A stretch of DNA of 64,000 nucleotides from NCBI GenBank assembly GCA_017962315.1, contig JAGCVN010000096.1, forward strand, positions 199 through 64,198, read 5' to 3'. Positions 7,877 through 16,611 of the stretch are shown in pieces (within the stretch, counting starts at the first letter, position 1; each line of letters opens with the position of its first letter). The notes below the pieces were generated by a model. That model was not told where the DNA came from. It made no database searches and saw only the letters and a program-made list of their open reading frames with translations. The position numbers were made by a program, and so were the translations under genes. The stretch is from Kiritimatiellia bacterium. GTDB lineage: Bacteria > Verrucomicrobiota > Kiritimatiellia > RFP12 > UBA1067.

Positions 7877-8773
7877 ATGCGCGTGGCCATCCACAGCGTC
7901 GACGGACGCAACTACCCGAATCTCGCCCTCATGCGGATCTCCGCGTGGCACAAGGCGCGCGGAGACGAGGTGGAATGGTTCTCGCCCCTCATGCCGTACG
8001 ACCGCGTGTACGCCTCCAAGGTGTTCACCTTCACACCCGACGACCCCTACCTCCCGCCGGACGCCATACGCGGCGGCACCGGCTACGACCCCGCCTCCCG
8101 CCTCCCCCCTGAAATCGACGCCATGCCGCCGGATTACACCGTCTACCCTCAGTTCTCCGCCGCATACGGCTTCCTCACGCGCGGCTGCCCCAACAGATGC
8201 CCCTGGTGCGTCGTCCCCGCAAAGGAGGGCGGCATCCGCCTCGTCGCGGACATCGAGCGGATATGCCGAACCAACACCGGCTTCCGCCGCGACGCCATCC
8301 TCATGGACAACAACTTCCTCGCCGCCCCGCTCGACTTCATCCGTGAACAGTCCGACAAGATGCGGCGGCTCAAAATCCGCGTGGATTTCAACCAGGCAAC
8401 GGACGCGAGGCTATACAACGAGCAGACCGCGCCAATCATGGCAGGCATCAAGTGGCTCAAGTACATCCGCATCTCCTGCGACACCGACGCCATGCTCCCG
8501 CACTGCGTCCGCGCGATGCGCCTCCTGCGGAGCTTCGGCTACAGGAAAGACTTCTTCGTCTACGTCCTCGCGAGGGACGGCGGCATGGAATCCGCGCTCC
8601 ACAGAATCTACGGGCTCACGTCCGCCGACCCCCGCGCCGTACCCTTCGTCATGCCCTACCGTTCGCTGACGGACAACCCCGCCGAGCCGTCCGCCGGGCT
8701 TCGCCGCCTCGCCCGCTGGTGCAACCGCGCGTGGATCCGCAACTCGTGCCGCTTCGAGGACTACCGGGGCTAA
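7877..8773 (+). CDS. radical SAM domain protein (phage-borne)
   Basis: The CxxxCxxC cluster is in FLTRGCPNRCPWCVVP. The N-terminal region (VAIHSVDGRNYPNLALMRISAWHK) resembles the B12-binding-like domain of class B-like radical SAM enzymes. Confidence 0.6.
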   Translation: MRVAIHSVDGRNYPNLALMRISAWHKARGDEVEWFSPLMPYDRVYASKVFTFTPDDPYLPPDAIRGGTGYDPASRLPPEIDAMPPDYTVYPQFSAAYGFLTRGCPNRCPWCVVPAKEGGIRLVADIERICRTNTGFRRDAILMDNNFLAAPLDFIREQSDKMRRLKIRVDFNQATDARLYNEQTAPIMAGIKWLKYIRISCDTDAMLPHCVRAMRLLRSFGYRKDFFVYVLARDGGMESALHRIYGLTSADPRAVPFVMPYRSLTDNPAEPSAGLRRLARWCNRAWIRNSCRFEDYRG

Positions 8774-8775
8774 GG

Positions 8776-8856
8776 CACGCGTCACGGGGGCAATGCCTGT
8801 CCGTGGCGCGTGGTGTTCTCCCCGCCCTGTCCCGTGCCGCGCCGGCCACGGCGCGG
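8776..8856. terminator. two GC hairpins in the convergent gap between the radical SAM gene and the integrase gene
   Basis: CACGCGTCACGG (8776-8787) pairs with CCGTGGCGCGTG (8801-8812) with one mismatch. CCGCGCCG (8837-8844) pairs perfectly with CGGCGCGG (8849-8856). U-tracts are weak. Confidence 0.3.
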
Positions 8857-8861
8857 TTCCC

Positions 8862-10148
8862 TCACGCCGTCTCCCTCCCCTCCGTCCCCGAGACGGCGGA
8901 CGGCATGATCCTGAAATACGCCTCCCCGTCCGCCCTGCTCGCAAGCCCGCAGTAGTTCTCCGCCCGCATCTTCGCGCTCGTCCCGACGATCGCCTGCGTC
9001 TTCGCGGGGTCCCCGTAGGCCGCCACGTGGTACGTGATGAACGAATGCCTGCCGCAGTTCTGGAACACGGGCACCCCGTTCCTCCGCGCCAGCCTGTAGA
9101 TGTCCCCCTGCGTCCCCGGCGTGACCATCCTCACCGCGCGCATGAAATCGAACGAGCGCATCCACGCCATCGCCGTCGGCTCGATGTGGAACGCCCTCGG
9201 CCTCCTGCCCCTCTGGTAGCCCTTGCCCTTCGCGATGCGGACCGTCTCGTCGTCGAGGTTTATCCTCACCGCGTCCTCGCCGAGCGACGCGATGCGCTGT
9301 ATCTCGACCGCCCTGCTCCCGCAGAAGAAGCTGACCACCGCGTATGCGAGAAGCTCCGGCCTCCGCCCCCTCTCCCCCTCCAGGAGCCTGAACAGGCGCT
9401 CCACGTCCCCCGGCTTCATGTACTCCGGCTCCTCCCACGGCTCGTCCCGCTGCTTCAGGTTCCGTATCGGGTTCTCCGCAAGGTACTTCCGTTCGTCCCT
9501 GCAGCACCAGTTCAGGAACGTGCGGATGTACTGGAGGTGCGAATTGTACGTCTTGGGCTTCCTCGCCCCGTAATGCTCCCGCAGGTACTCGTCGACGCCC
9601 CTCGCCGTCACGGCGGCGAGCGGCGTGTCCGCGCCCGCGCAGCCGACCCACTTCCCGACGGTCCTCGCCGTCTTCTCCTTGTCCGCCCCGTCAAGCTTCG
9701 CGTCGAAATACGTCCTGTAGGCGTCCCCGACGGTGACGCCGTGGACGTCCGCCGCCCTCCCCGCGCCTCCGTCCAGGTAGCCGCGCACCGCGTCCGCCAG
9801 GCTCACCTTCGCGCCGGCCTCGCGCAGGAGATCAAGGGCGTTCCTCGCGTCTATCGCCTCGACGGGCGAAAGCCTCACGGCGGCCTCTCCGCCAGACTGG
9901 AGTCGCTGGTAGAAATCCTTTATGTCCTTCTTCAACTCATCCTCGCTCGCCCTCGTCATCCGGACGGCAGACTTCGTGAAAGGATCGGTTCCGAAATACG
10001 CCTCATAACCGACCCGTTCGCGCCCCGCGCCGTCCGTCCTGACGCGGCGTTTGACGTTCCGTTCGACAATCGACTTCGGTAGGTAACTCATAGACACCTC
10101 ATTTCCTGCAAAGTTTTTGCTATGTGATTTCAATGTGACAAACAGCAT
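8862..10148 (-). CDS. int: tyrosine-type site-specific recombinase / phage integrase
   Basis: 428 aa. The C-terminal catalytic region is GRHSFITYHVAAYGD...MRAENY (H-x-x-R ... Y). It is divergent from the phage gene block and sits at the element edge. Confidence 0.85.
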   Translation of the reverse strand: MLFVTLKSHSKNFAGNEVSMSYLPKSIVERNVKRRVRTDGAGRERVGYEAYFGTDPFTKSAVRMTRASEDELKKDIKDFYQRLQSGGEAAVRLSPVEAIDARNALDLLREAGAKVSLADAVRGYLDGGAGRAADVHGVTVGDAYRTYFDAKLDGADKEKTARTVGKWVGCAGADTPLAAVTARGVDEYLREHYGARKPKTYNSHLQYIRTFLNWCCRDERKYLAENPIRNLKQRDEPWEEPEYMKPGDVERLFRLLEGERGRRPELLAYAVVSFFCGSRAVEIQRIASLGEDAVRINLDDETVRIAKGKGYQRGRRPRAFHIEPTAMAWMRSFDFMRAVRMVTPGTQGDIYRLARRNGVPVFQNCGRHSFITYHVAAYGDPAKTQAIVGTSAKMRAENYCGLASRADGEAYFRIMPSAVSGTEGRETA

Positions 10149-10237
10149 TTATTGCGAAACACTATTCTCTCAAAATCACAACGAAGTCATTGTATAACGG
10201 CACTTTACATCTGTCAACAGTAAATCTTATGAAGTTG

Positions 10238-10408
10238 GACGTTGCCCCTCCCGGAAACATTGCCGACGACAGCCTGTCCCCCTTTGGGTTCCCCTGCGCG
10301 TCTGCGTCTCTGCGTCTCAATCAACGGAAAGACGGTAGAGGAGAATCCATGTTTCGGCAAAATGCCCGGACGTCGGCATAAAATACCCACACGTATGCCT
10401 GGAGAACC
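10238..10408. repeat. mosaic intergenic repeat, locus 1 (modules E-linker-A, reverse orientation; E truncated on its left)
   Basis: GGACGTTGCCCCTCCCGGAAACA...CAATCAACGGAAAGACGGTAGAGGAGAATCCATGTTTCGGCA...CACGTATGCCTGGAGAACC aligns with the reverse complement of 33561-33740. Confidence 0.8.
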
Positions 10409-10422
10409 ACGAAAAACGCCAG

Positions 10423-11043
10423 CTATCGCCAGCTGTCGAATTCGGTCTCTGTCTGTTCGTTGGAACGGAATTGAATGGCCCTCCAACCCAGGGACCGCGC
10501 CGCTTCGCAGTTTTCGGCGGCATCGTCCACGAAAAGGATGTCGCGGTCCTCGACGTGCAGCTTGTCGCGGATGAGCCGGAAAATACACGGCTGCGGCTTG
10601 AACATTTTGACTTCGCCGGAAACCACCATCGCGTCCGCACATTCGACAAACCCGGCGAAAATTCGCCGGAACAGTGACGCCATTTGCGTCGGCATATTCG
10701 TCAGGATGCCGATTTTGAATCCTTCCCCGCGGAGTTTGGCCATCCACGCCCGTGTCCGTTCGTTCGGGGTGCAGAAACTCTTCAGGTCGGCGTACGCGAG
10801 AGCTTGGAGGAGATCCGGCGCGACGTCGATACCGGCATCCGCCAGCAAGACGCCGTACAACTCGGCAGGCGTGATGAATCCGCCGTCCATCAGTTTCCGG
10901 TAGCGGGAGAACCCTTCGGTGAGGATGGATTCGGCGATGTTGTGTTCGCGGGCAAGGGCATACGCCTCATGCGGCCGGTCGGAGAGGGTCATCACGCCGC
11001 CGAAATCGAACACGACGGCTTTCGGAAGTGGAAGTGTATTCAT
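10423..11043 (-). CDS. HAD-superfamily hydrolase
   Basis: The start at 11043 gives MNTLPLPKAVVFDFGGVM (DxG motif I). ILFVDDAAENCEAARSLGW is motif IV. Confidence 0.75.
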   Translation of the reverse strand: MNTLPLPKAVVFDFGGVMTLSDRPHEAYALAREHNIAESILTEGFSRYRKLMDGGFITPAELYGVLLADAGIDVAPDLLQALAYADLKSFCTPNERTRAWMAKLRGEGFKIGILTNMPTQMASLFRRIFAGFVECADAMVVSGEVKMFKPQPCIFRLIRDKLHVEDRDILFVDDAAENCEAARSLGWRAIQFRSNEQTETEFDSWR

Positions 11044-11057
11044 AGTGGCCAAGTAGG

Positions 11058-11080
11058 GGAGGGGCAACGTCCCAGTTGCC
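11058..11080. repeat. isolated E-core hairpin copy
   Basis: GGAGGGGCAACGTCCCAGTTGCC differs by one base from 21887-21909. GGCAAC/GTTGCC forms a 6-bp stem. Confidence 0.5.
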
Positions 11081-11095
11081 CGAATCATCCGTCGA

Positions 11096-12526
11096 TTAAA
11101 AGACGAAATTGATTTCCCAGCGGAAGAAATAGGCGGTCTTGTCGGTCACGTAGTAGTCGCCGGGCTGGAGACATTCGCCCATAATGTGGCCGAAGATGTC
11201 GCCGCGTCCGTTTCCGCGCGGGTTTTTCCAGATCGGAAAGTCGTAACGGAGGCAGGTGAGCCAACCTTCGTAGTTGCTGTCGCCGCCGCCCAGTCCGTCC
11301 TGGACGCTTGCGAACATCGGTCCGGAGTAGGCGTCGATCTTGTGGTGCAGCCCGATGTTCGCGCCGGCCCCGAGGTGCGGGTAGGTCAGGTTGCTCCAGT
11401 ATCCGAGGCCGTAGAGCGGCCCGTAGCAGTGCATCTCGCTCAACTGGGGCCAACGTCCCCAGACGGGGTTCCATGCCGTGTCGTTCCCGTCCACGCTGCG
11501 GTCGGCATCGCCGGAAAGGTAGTAACACGCGGCACGGAAGAAGGGCTTTGCGGGCTTGACCAGTTCCCAGTCCGGCTTGTACTTCAGTCCGGCGAAGGCC
11601 ATGTATCCGCGCGTGGCGGCGTTGTTCCCCTTCTTGCCGGCCTGTGCCGCGCCTTCGAATTCGCCTTCCAGCTCCTCGGTGAACTGCGGAAGGAGGCGGA
11701 TGCCGAAGGTGTTGTCAGAACGCGACGGCATGTGCCGTCCGGCAGTGTTGTAGTCCTGGCTGTGCTGGTAGACGTAGTATGCTTCAAAGGGCAACGCCTG
11801 GAATTCTGCGTTCTTGTAGTAGAGGACGCCGCCCATCTGATCCATGTCGGGCTGGTCGCGTGGATCGATGGCGTTGGTGGGACGCGGATCGGGCGTCGGG
11901 CGGCCCCAGTGCAGTTCGTTGCGGCTGTTGTCGTAGATGGCGATGGCGTCGAGCGAACTTTTCGCTGTCGGGTGCAGCGTGAAACGCGCGGCGTCGAAGA
12001 ACAAGGTGCGCGAACCGTCGTAGGGCGTTCCGTCCATCAACACGCGCCCCGCGCCGAAGGCGGGTCGCCCGTTGTCGAAGAAGTCCTGGCGACCGATCCG
12101 GAAATCGAGGAATCCGTCAAAGAGTCCCATCCCCTCGAAGTAGAAGTTATCGACGATCAGTTCGTCGGGGAAGTTGTACGAACGGTCGTCGCGGCGCTTC
12201 CCGTTTTTCACGACATACTCGCGCATTTCATCGGTGAGCCGCGTGTAGAGCTTGAACGTCTCGTTGCCCAGACCGCCCCAGATACGCGGACGGTAACGGA
12301 AGTAATTCGCGTTCTTTCCCGAAGGCGCCTGGTAGAGACCGAACGGGTCGGCGGGATCGCCGGGGATGTTGTCGTAGAGTTCCTGGCGGAGGCGCAGGTC
12401 CGCACCGTAAAGGAACGTGAGGCCGGAAGAGGCTTCCTCCTTGACGGTTTCGGGCGGCGTGTTCGTCTGCGCGGAGGCGACCGCCGCGCAGAAACAGAGG
12501 GAAAGCAGGACGGGTGTTTTCATCAC
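11096..12526 (-). CDS. outer-membrane beta-barrel porin (alginate-export-like)
   Basis: Signal peptide MMKTPVLLSLCFCAAVASA. The sequence is aromatic-rich with alternating strands. The C-terminal FRWEINFVF ends in Phe, as in OMPs. Confidence 0.55.
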   Translation of the reverse strand: MMKTPVLLSLCFCAAVASAQTNTPPETVKEEASSGLTFLYGADLRLRQELYDNIPGDPADPFGLYQAPSGKNANYFRYRPRIWGGLGNETFKLYTRLTDEMREYVVKNGKRRDDRSYNFPDELIVDNFYFEGMGLFDGFLDFRIGRQDFFDNGRPAFGAGRVLMDGTPYDGSRTLFFDAARFTLHPTAKSSLDAIAIYDNSRNELHWGRPTPDPRPTNAIDPRDQPDMDQMGGVLYYKNAEFQALPFEAYYVYQHSQDYNTAGRHMPSRSDNTFGIRLLPQFTEELEGEFEGAAQAGKKGNNAATRGYMAFAGLKYKPDWELVKPAKPFFRAACYYLSGDADRSVDGNDTAWNPVWGRWPQLSEMHCYGPLYGLGYWSNLTYPHLGAGANIGLHHKIDAYSGPMFASVQDGLGGGDSNYEGWLTCLRYDFPIWKNPRGNGRGDIFGHIMGECLQPGDYYVTDKTAYFFRWEINFVF

Positions 12527-12653
12527 GGTTTCCTAGTTCGTACGTGTCCGGTTGAACCCAAGACCCCGTGTCCCGTTCACCAGACGAAAGAAATAATCTT
12601 ACCGTTTTCGAAAGGGGTAGTCAAGCCGCCGAACGAAGTCATGTCGACGTCCG

Positions 12654-13727
12654 TTACTTTGCGCCGCGTTGGACACGTTGGATCGTCGCCTTGTACAAAT
12701 CGATCTCTACGGGATCGTAGGGCGTGAAGTCGCCGCGGTAGAAGTCGTGCTGCCAAGGACCCGTATATGGCAGGTTCTCCGGACGGTGCCCCCAGCGGAG
12801 GTGCGTCTGCGTTTTGCCGTTCACAAGCCCCCACGCGAGACAGCCGACGCCGGCGTCCGCGAAAAGCTTCAAGCAGCCCGCGACCGTCGATTTGCGCGTG
12901 CGGTTCATCCACTCCGTGCAGATGACGGGGCGGCCGCCGGCGCGCGCGACCAGCTCCTTGATCTGTGCCGCCGTCTTCTTTTCGTCCGCGTAACAGTGGA
13001 ATGTCACGATGTCGCTGTTGTCAAGCAGGATCGCATCCAGTTCCTTGTTCCCGTTCCAGATGCCGGAGGAGAGGGGTTGCGACGGATCGACCTCCCGCGC
13101 CCAGGCGAACGTTTTGCGGAGGAGCGGAAACGCCCGCCTACCGAGTCTCCCGTTCGCCGGTTCGTTGTAAAGATCCCAGAGGAAGATGCGTTTGTCATCC
13201 TTGAAGCGCATGATGACCTCTTTCACGTACTTCTCCAGTTTCGGGTGTTCACGCTCGTCGATGACCATCGTATGCCCCGGCGACGGACTCCATGCCCAGG
13301 CGTACCAGCCTTCGAGCGGTTCCGGCTGGCGTCCGATCACAGGATCGGTATTCGCGCCGAACGCGCAGTCGTCAAAGAAGATCGGCATTGCCTTCACCTT
13401 CGCCTCGTCGCAAAGCGCAAGGAACGTGTCGAGCGTCTTGATAAAGTACGCCGGATCGTCCTCGTAAACTTTGTACTGCATGACGAAACGGACGCAGTTC
13501 ATACCGATGCCCGTCATTAATTTCAGTTCCTTGCGGATGACGTCGGGCGAGAAACTGGTCTTATCCCACATCGCCGTATAGTTGATGGCGTTGGCGGGAA
13601 TGTAATTCACGCCGCACCACCAGGGATTCGCCGCGCCCCACGCTTTCGCCTTCTCCACGCTCCAACGCGGCGCCGCGGCGCACGTCAACGCCAGCGAGGC
13701 CGCGAGTCCGAAAATCAGGTTTTTCAT
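12654..13727 (-). CDS. secreted glycoside hydrolase, clan GH-A (GH5-like)
   Basis: A signal peptide is present. FLWDLYNEPAN carries the NEP acid/base motif and VICTEWMN is a candidate nucleophile Glu. Confidence 0.6.
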   Translation of the reverse strand: MKNLIFGLAASLALTCAAAPRWSVEKAKAWGAANPWWCGVNYIPANAINYTAMWDKTSFSPDVIRKELKLMTGIGMNCVRFVMQYKVYEDDPAYFIKTLDTFLALCDEAKVKAMPIFFDDCAFGANTDPVIGRQPEPLEGWYAWAWSPSPGHTMVIDEREHPKLEKYVKEVIMRFKDDKRIFLWDLYNEPANGRLGRRAFPLLRKTFAWAREVDPSQPLSSGIWNGNKELDAILLDNSDIVTFHCYADEKKTAAQIKELVARAGGRPVICTEWMNRTRKSTVAGCLKLFADAGVGCLAWGLVNGKTQTHLRWGHRPENLPYTGPWQHDFYRGDFTPYDPVEIDLYKATIQRVQRGAK

Positions 13728-15019
13728 TTCGTCGTATTCCTTTCTTCAAGAGAGGGTGCCTCCGCATCCCCGTTCGGTTGTTCTTTCAGGATCGCCCTGA
13801 CGGCGGCCATCTCCTCCGGGGTGACGCCGCAGTCCAGCAGATAGAGGCGGATTCGCTCGGAGAGGGAATCGTCCTTCTTGCCGTATGCGGCGAAACCTGC
13901 ATCGAAGAACGCGCATGACCGCCAGTCGTCCGGCGTATCCACGCCGCGCACCCGTGGGTAACACGTCGATTCCCAATCTCGCTCCAGGTCTTCCCGCGTC
14001 ACGCCGAGGAATCCGTTGAGCAGGTAGGCGAGGCTTCCCGTCCGGTCCGCTCCGTGGGTGCAGTGGAAGTAAACCGGGTAATTCTTCCTGTCGGCGAAGA
14101 AGCGGAAGAGCCGTGCCGAAATCCGGCGGCCTTCCGGCGTAAACAGTTCCTTGTACGACTTGGCGTCGATGTTCACGAACGCGACCCTTGTTCCGAGCGG
14201 CGACCCGTCCATCCCGGCGATTTCGCGCGGGCAGCGCAGGTCGAGGTCGGTCTTGATTCCGAGGACTTCGGTCATGTACCGGACGTCTTCGACCGTCAGC
14301 CGGTTGCGCCCCCTGGTGACTCCGGCGAAACTACTTTCGTTCAAACCGTTTCCGCGATAGACAAGCCCCGTGCGGATGCGTCCTCCGTCTTCCGTCGCCC
14401 AGCCGCCGATGTCGCGGATGTTGTGGACGTTTCCCTCCAGGGCGATCCAGCGCGGCGGTTGCTTCGACGTGCGGAACGTGGAAACGGGCGAGACGTGTCC
14501 CGCTTTGCTTTTCCCGCAGGCGCAGGTTTCGGGGTAGGTAAACCCGCAGCGGAACTCGCCGCATTTGACATTGCTCCATACCTGCCAATGGTAGACGGCG
14601 CCGAGTTCGAGGTTGGCGCGCGGCACGGTGTATGTCCACACCTTTGAACCGTCCTGCTGTTCCTGGCCCTTCGCGTCGCGCTCCGTCAGCCACAGGTCGC
14701 CGCCGTTCGAGAAGTCGGCCTTGCGGGAGAGTCGCACGCGCCAGGGAGCGGATTCGCCCCCGGTGGTTTTCCATTTTAGGACGAGCGGCCGCTGCCGCCG
14801 CCATGCGTCGCGGGTCTGTTTGTCGTCCAGAAACTTCTTGGCGATTTCACACCGATTGGTGCGCGTTGTGCCGTCGAGGACGGCGAGCTGGGCGTCCGGC
14901 AGGGTCTCGAAGGTCGAACCGTCCTTCGGCGAGAGAAGCGAAACGGCTGCTTCCGCGCAAGGCAGGAAGGCCAGCGACAACGCGGAACCTATGATGAAGG
15001 ATAACTTTGCGGGTTTCAT
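13724..15019 (-). CDS. secreted tyrosine-phosphatase-family protein (CX5R)
   Basis: The start at 15019 has an AAGGAGGGGG RBS and gives MKPAKLSFIIGSALSLAFLPCAEA. The active site is HCTHGADRTG. Confidence 0.7.
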   Translation of the reverse strand: MKPAKLSFIIGSALSLAFLPCAEAAVSLLSPKDGSTFETLPDAQLAVLDGTTRTNRCEIAKKFLDDKQTRDAWRRQRPLVLKWKTTGGESAPWRVRLSRKADFSNGGDLWLTERDAKGQEQQDGSKVWTYTVPRANLELGAVYHWQVWSNVKCGEFRCGFTYPETCACGKSKAGHVSPVSTFRTSKQPPRWIALEGNVHNIRDIGGWATEDGGRIRTGLVYRGNGLNESSFAGVTRGRNRLTVEDVRYMTEVLGIKTDLDLRCPREIAGMDGSPLGTRVAFVNIDAKSYKELFTPEGRRISARLFRFFADRKNYPVYFHCTHGADRTGSLAYLLNGFLGVTREDLERDWESTCYPRVRGVDTPDDWRSCAFFDAGFAAYGKKDDSLSERIRLYLLDCGVTPEEMAAVRAILKEQPNGDAEAPSLEERNTTK

Positions 15020-16425
15020 TCCCCCTCCTTCGCATAAGCCAGCGACTTCCCGAATGTTCCGAGGGAAGAAGCCGGACGTACGGAGACCGTCCATTTTTCA
15101 CTTGGCGGCAAGTCCGTCTTCGGGATGGTGAACTCCGTCACGCCCCCGTTTTGTTCGCGTCCGGTTCCGAGGTTGCACCCTGCGGCGTAGATGAATTGAC
15201 GGAGACTGTTGCCCTCTGCCGCCACGGTCACTTCATAGGCGAACACCCGCGAATCCGGATTCCCGTCCGCCAACGGGATTTGGATACGGAGTGATTGCGG
15301 ATCCGGCGTCTCCACGCATAATTTCGCACCGGGGCGGAACTGCGGTTCGCCGATGACCTTTTTCAGTTCCAGAGGCGCGAACGGGTGCGGGGCGTATTGC
15401 CCAAGCGGCATCATCCAGTCCGCGCCAAGGCTTCCGCCCTGCCCGAACTCGCGCCGGTTGATGACCATCATTTCGTCGTATAGGCGGACGATGTACCCCT
15501 GCCTGTTTTTCCCGGCGGTATCCGCGCCTATGAAAGGAGCCGTTGCCCATCTGCACGAATTCGGCGACAAGCTGTTTGTTCCCATCGGTGCGCATGAAGG
15601 GCACTGTATCGACGGAGAAGAACCCCACGTATGGATGACGTTCCAGTTCGCCGCACTTGCATGCCAGTGCCCGAAGAAACTCACCGCGTTGGGATAGTCG
15701 CGCATCGCTTTGTTGAAGATCGCGTGAGACCGGATGTGCGAGAGGATGAAAAACGGATTCTTGTTTTTGGCGAGCGCGGATGCCGCGTCAATCGTCTTGA
15801 CCAGGGCCGTGACCTTCGCCTCGTCTTCCCTGAAGTTCTTCCCTGCGTAATGGCGACCGAAGAAATGATACCCCTTCAACACCCTGTGCCAGACAGGTTC
15901 GTACTTCTCGCCCCAGATGCGTTCCCAATGGCTCGCGATGTCGGTGCAAAGCAGATGCTGTCTCCGGATTTCGGGGTCGGGGTGGATCTTTTTCACCAGT
16001 TCTCCGATTCCGTAGGTGCTGCCGTCGATGTCGTGGTTGCCCGCGACGAACAGGCGTTCTACTTTTCGCCCGCCGGGGGCAAGGTCGCCCGGGAACACCT
16101 TGTCCCAGGCGGTTCGGTGGAATTCCATTTCTTCGACCTGCCCGGTGTGCGCCATGTCGCCGAGGTGGACGACGGCATCGACGTTCTGCTCGCGGAAATC
16201 CTTCAACGCCGCGACAAACCACCTGTCCGCCCAGTAGCCGGTGCTGTAGGTGCCTTTGACCGTCGTCCGCAGATGCGTGTCGCTGACGACGCCGAATACC
16301 AGGTTTGCCGTCTTCGTCGGCCGCCAGCCGGACGGAACTGCGAAAAGACGTCCGCCGAAAAGCGACCAAAACGCGGTCGCGCACTTCAGAAACCCGCGTC
16401 TGCTGATCCGTTCCTCCATACGCAT
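15016..16425 (-). CDS. Tat-signal metallophosphoesterase (calcineurin-like)
   Basis: The twin-arginine leader is RISRRGFLKCATAF. Motifs are GVVSDTHL, GDMAHTG, GNHD and GHWH. The stop overlaps the next start (ATGA). Confidence 0.75.
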   Translation of the reverse strand: MRMEERISRRGFLKCATAFWSLFGGRLFAVPSGWRPTKTANLVFGVVSDTHLRTTVKGTYSTGYWADRWFVAALKDFREQNVDAVVHLGDMAHTGQVEEMEFHRTAWDKVFPGDLAPGGRKVERLFVAGNHDIDGSTYGIGELVKKIHPDPEIRRQHLLCTDIASHWERIWGEKYEPVWHRVLKGYHFFGRHYAGKNFREDEAKVTALVKTIDAASALAKNKNPFFILSHIRSHAIFNKAMRDYPNAVSFFGHWHASAANWNVIHTWGSSPSIQCPSCAPMGTNSLSPNSCRWATAPFIGADTAGKNRQGYIVRLYDEMMVINRREFGQGGSLGADWMMPLGQYAPHPFAPLELKKVIGEPQFRPGAKLCVETPDPQSLRIQIPLADGNPDSRVFAYEVTVAAEGNSLRQFIYAAGCNLGTGREQNGGVTEFTIPKTDLPPSEKWTVSVRPASSLGTFGKSLAYAKEGE

Positions 16426-16611
16426 ATCCCCCCTCTGAAATGTTGAAGCCACGGCGCTCATTCTACACCAGAACGGAGTTCCGGTTCAATGGGAAAGTGA
16501 ATACGGCTCAAACCGGGAAGTGCGCCACGCGCATTTGATACTTGCAACCCGGGGCGGGGAGGTGTAGGCTTCTCGTATCCGGCGGAGTCGATGCCGGAGA
16601 AGGGAGTTTCT

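Larger units (their letters stand above)
1..10237. mobile_element. right arm of a prophage / phage-derived integrative element (left part outside window)
   Basis: The block consists of tightly overlapping co-oriented small ORFs with phage families (Gp37/Gp68, Gp49-like, DUF2829, DUF4406, MTases). A terminal integrase follows. An AT-richer junction region (10149-10237) leads into a host repeat. Confidence 0.7.

Noticed and set aside
8782-10082. Long ORFs (8793-10082 plus strand, 8782-9651 minus strand) overlapping the integrase gene
   Set aside because: They are Arg/Pro/Gly-rich low-complexity translations typical of off-frame reading in high-GC DNA. The 8862-10148 minus-strand frame has the recognisable tyrosine recombinase catalytic region.
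10149-10422. tRNA or tmRNA gene as the integration target next to the integrase
   Set aside because: Reading both strands shows no cloverleaf-compatible sequence and no T-loop GTTCRANNC motif. The region is an AT-richer spacer followed by a mosaic repeat.
11186-12727. 513-aa plus-strand ORF antisense to the porin gene
   Set aside because: It is a high-GC antisense artefact. The minus-strand frame has a signal peptide and an OMP-type C-terminal Phe.
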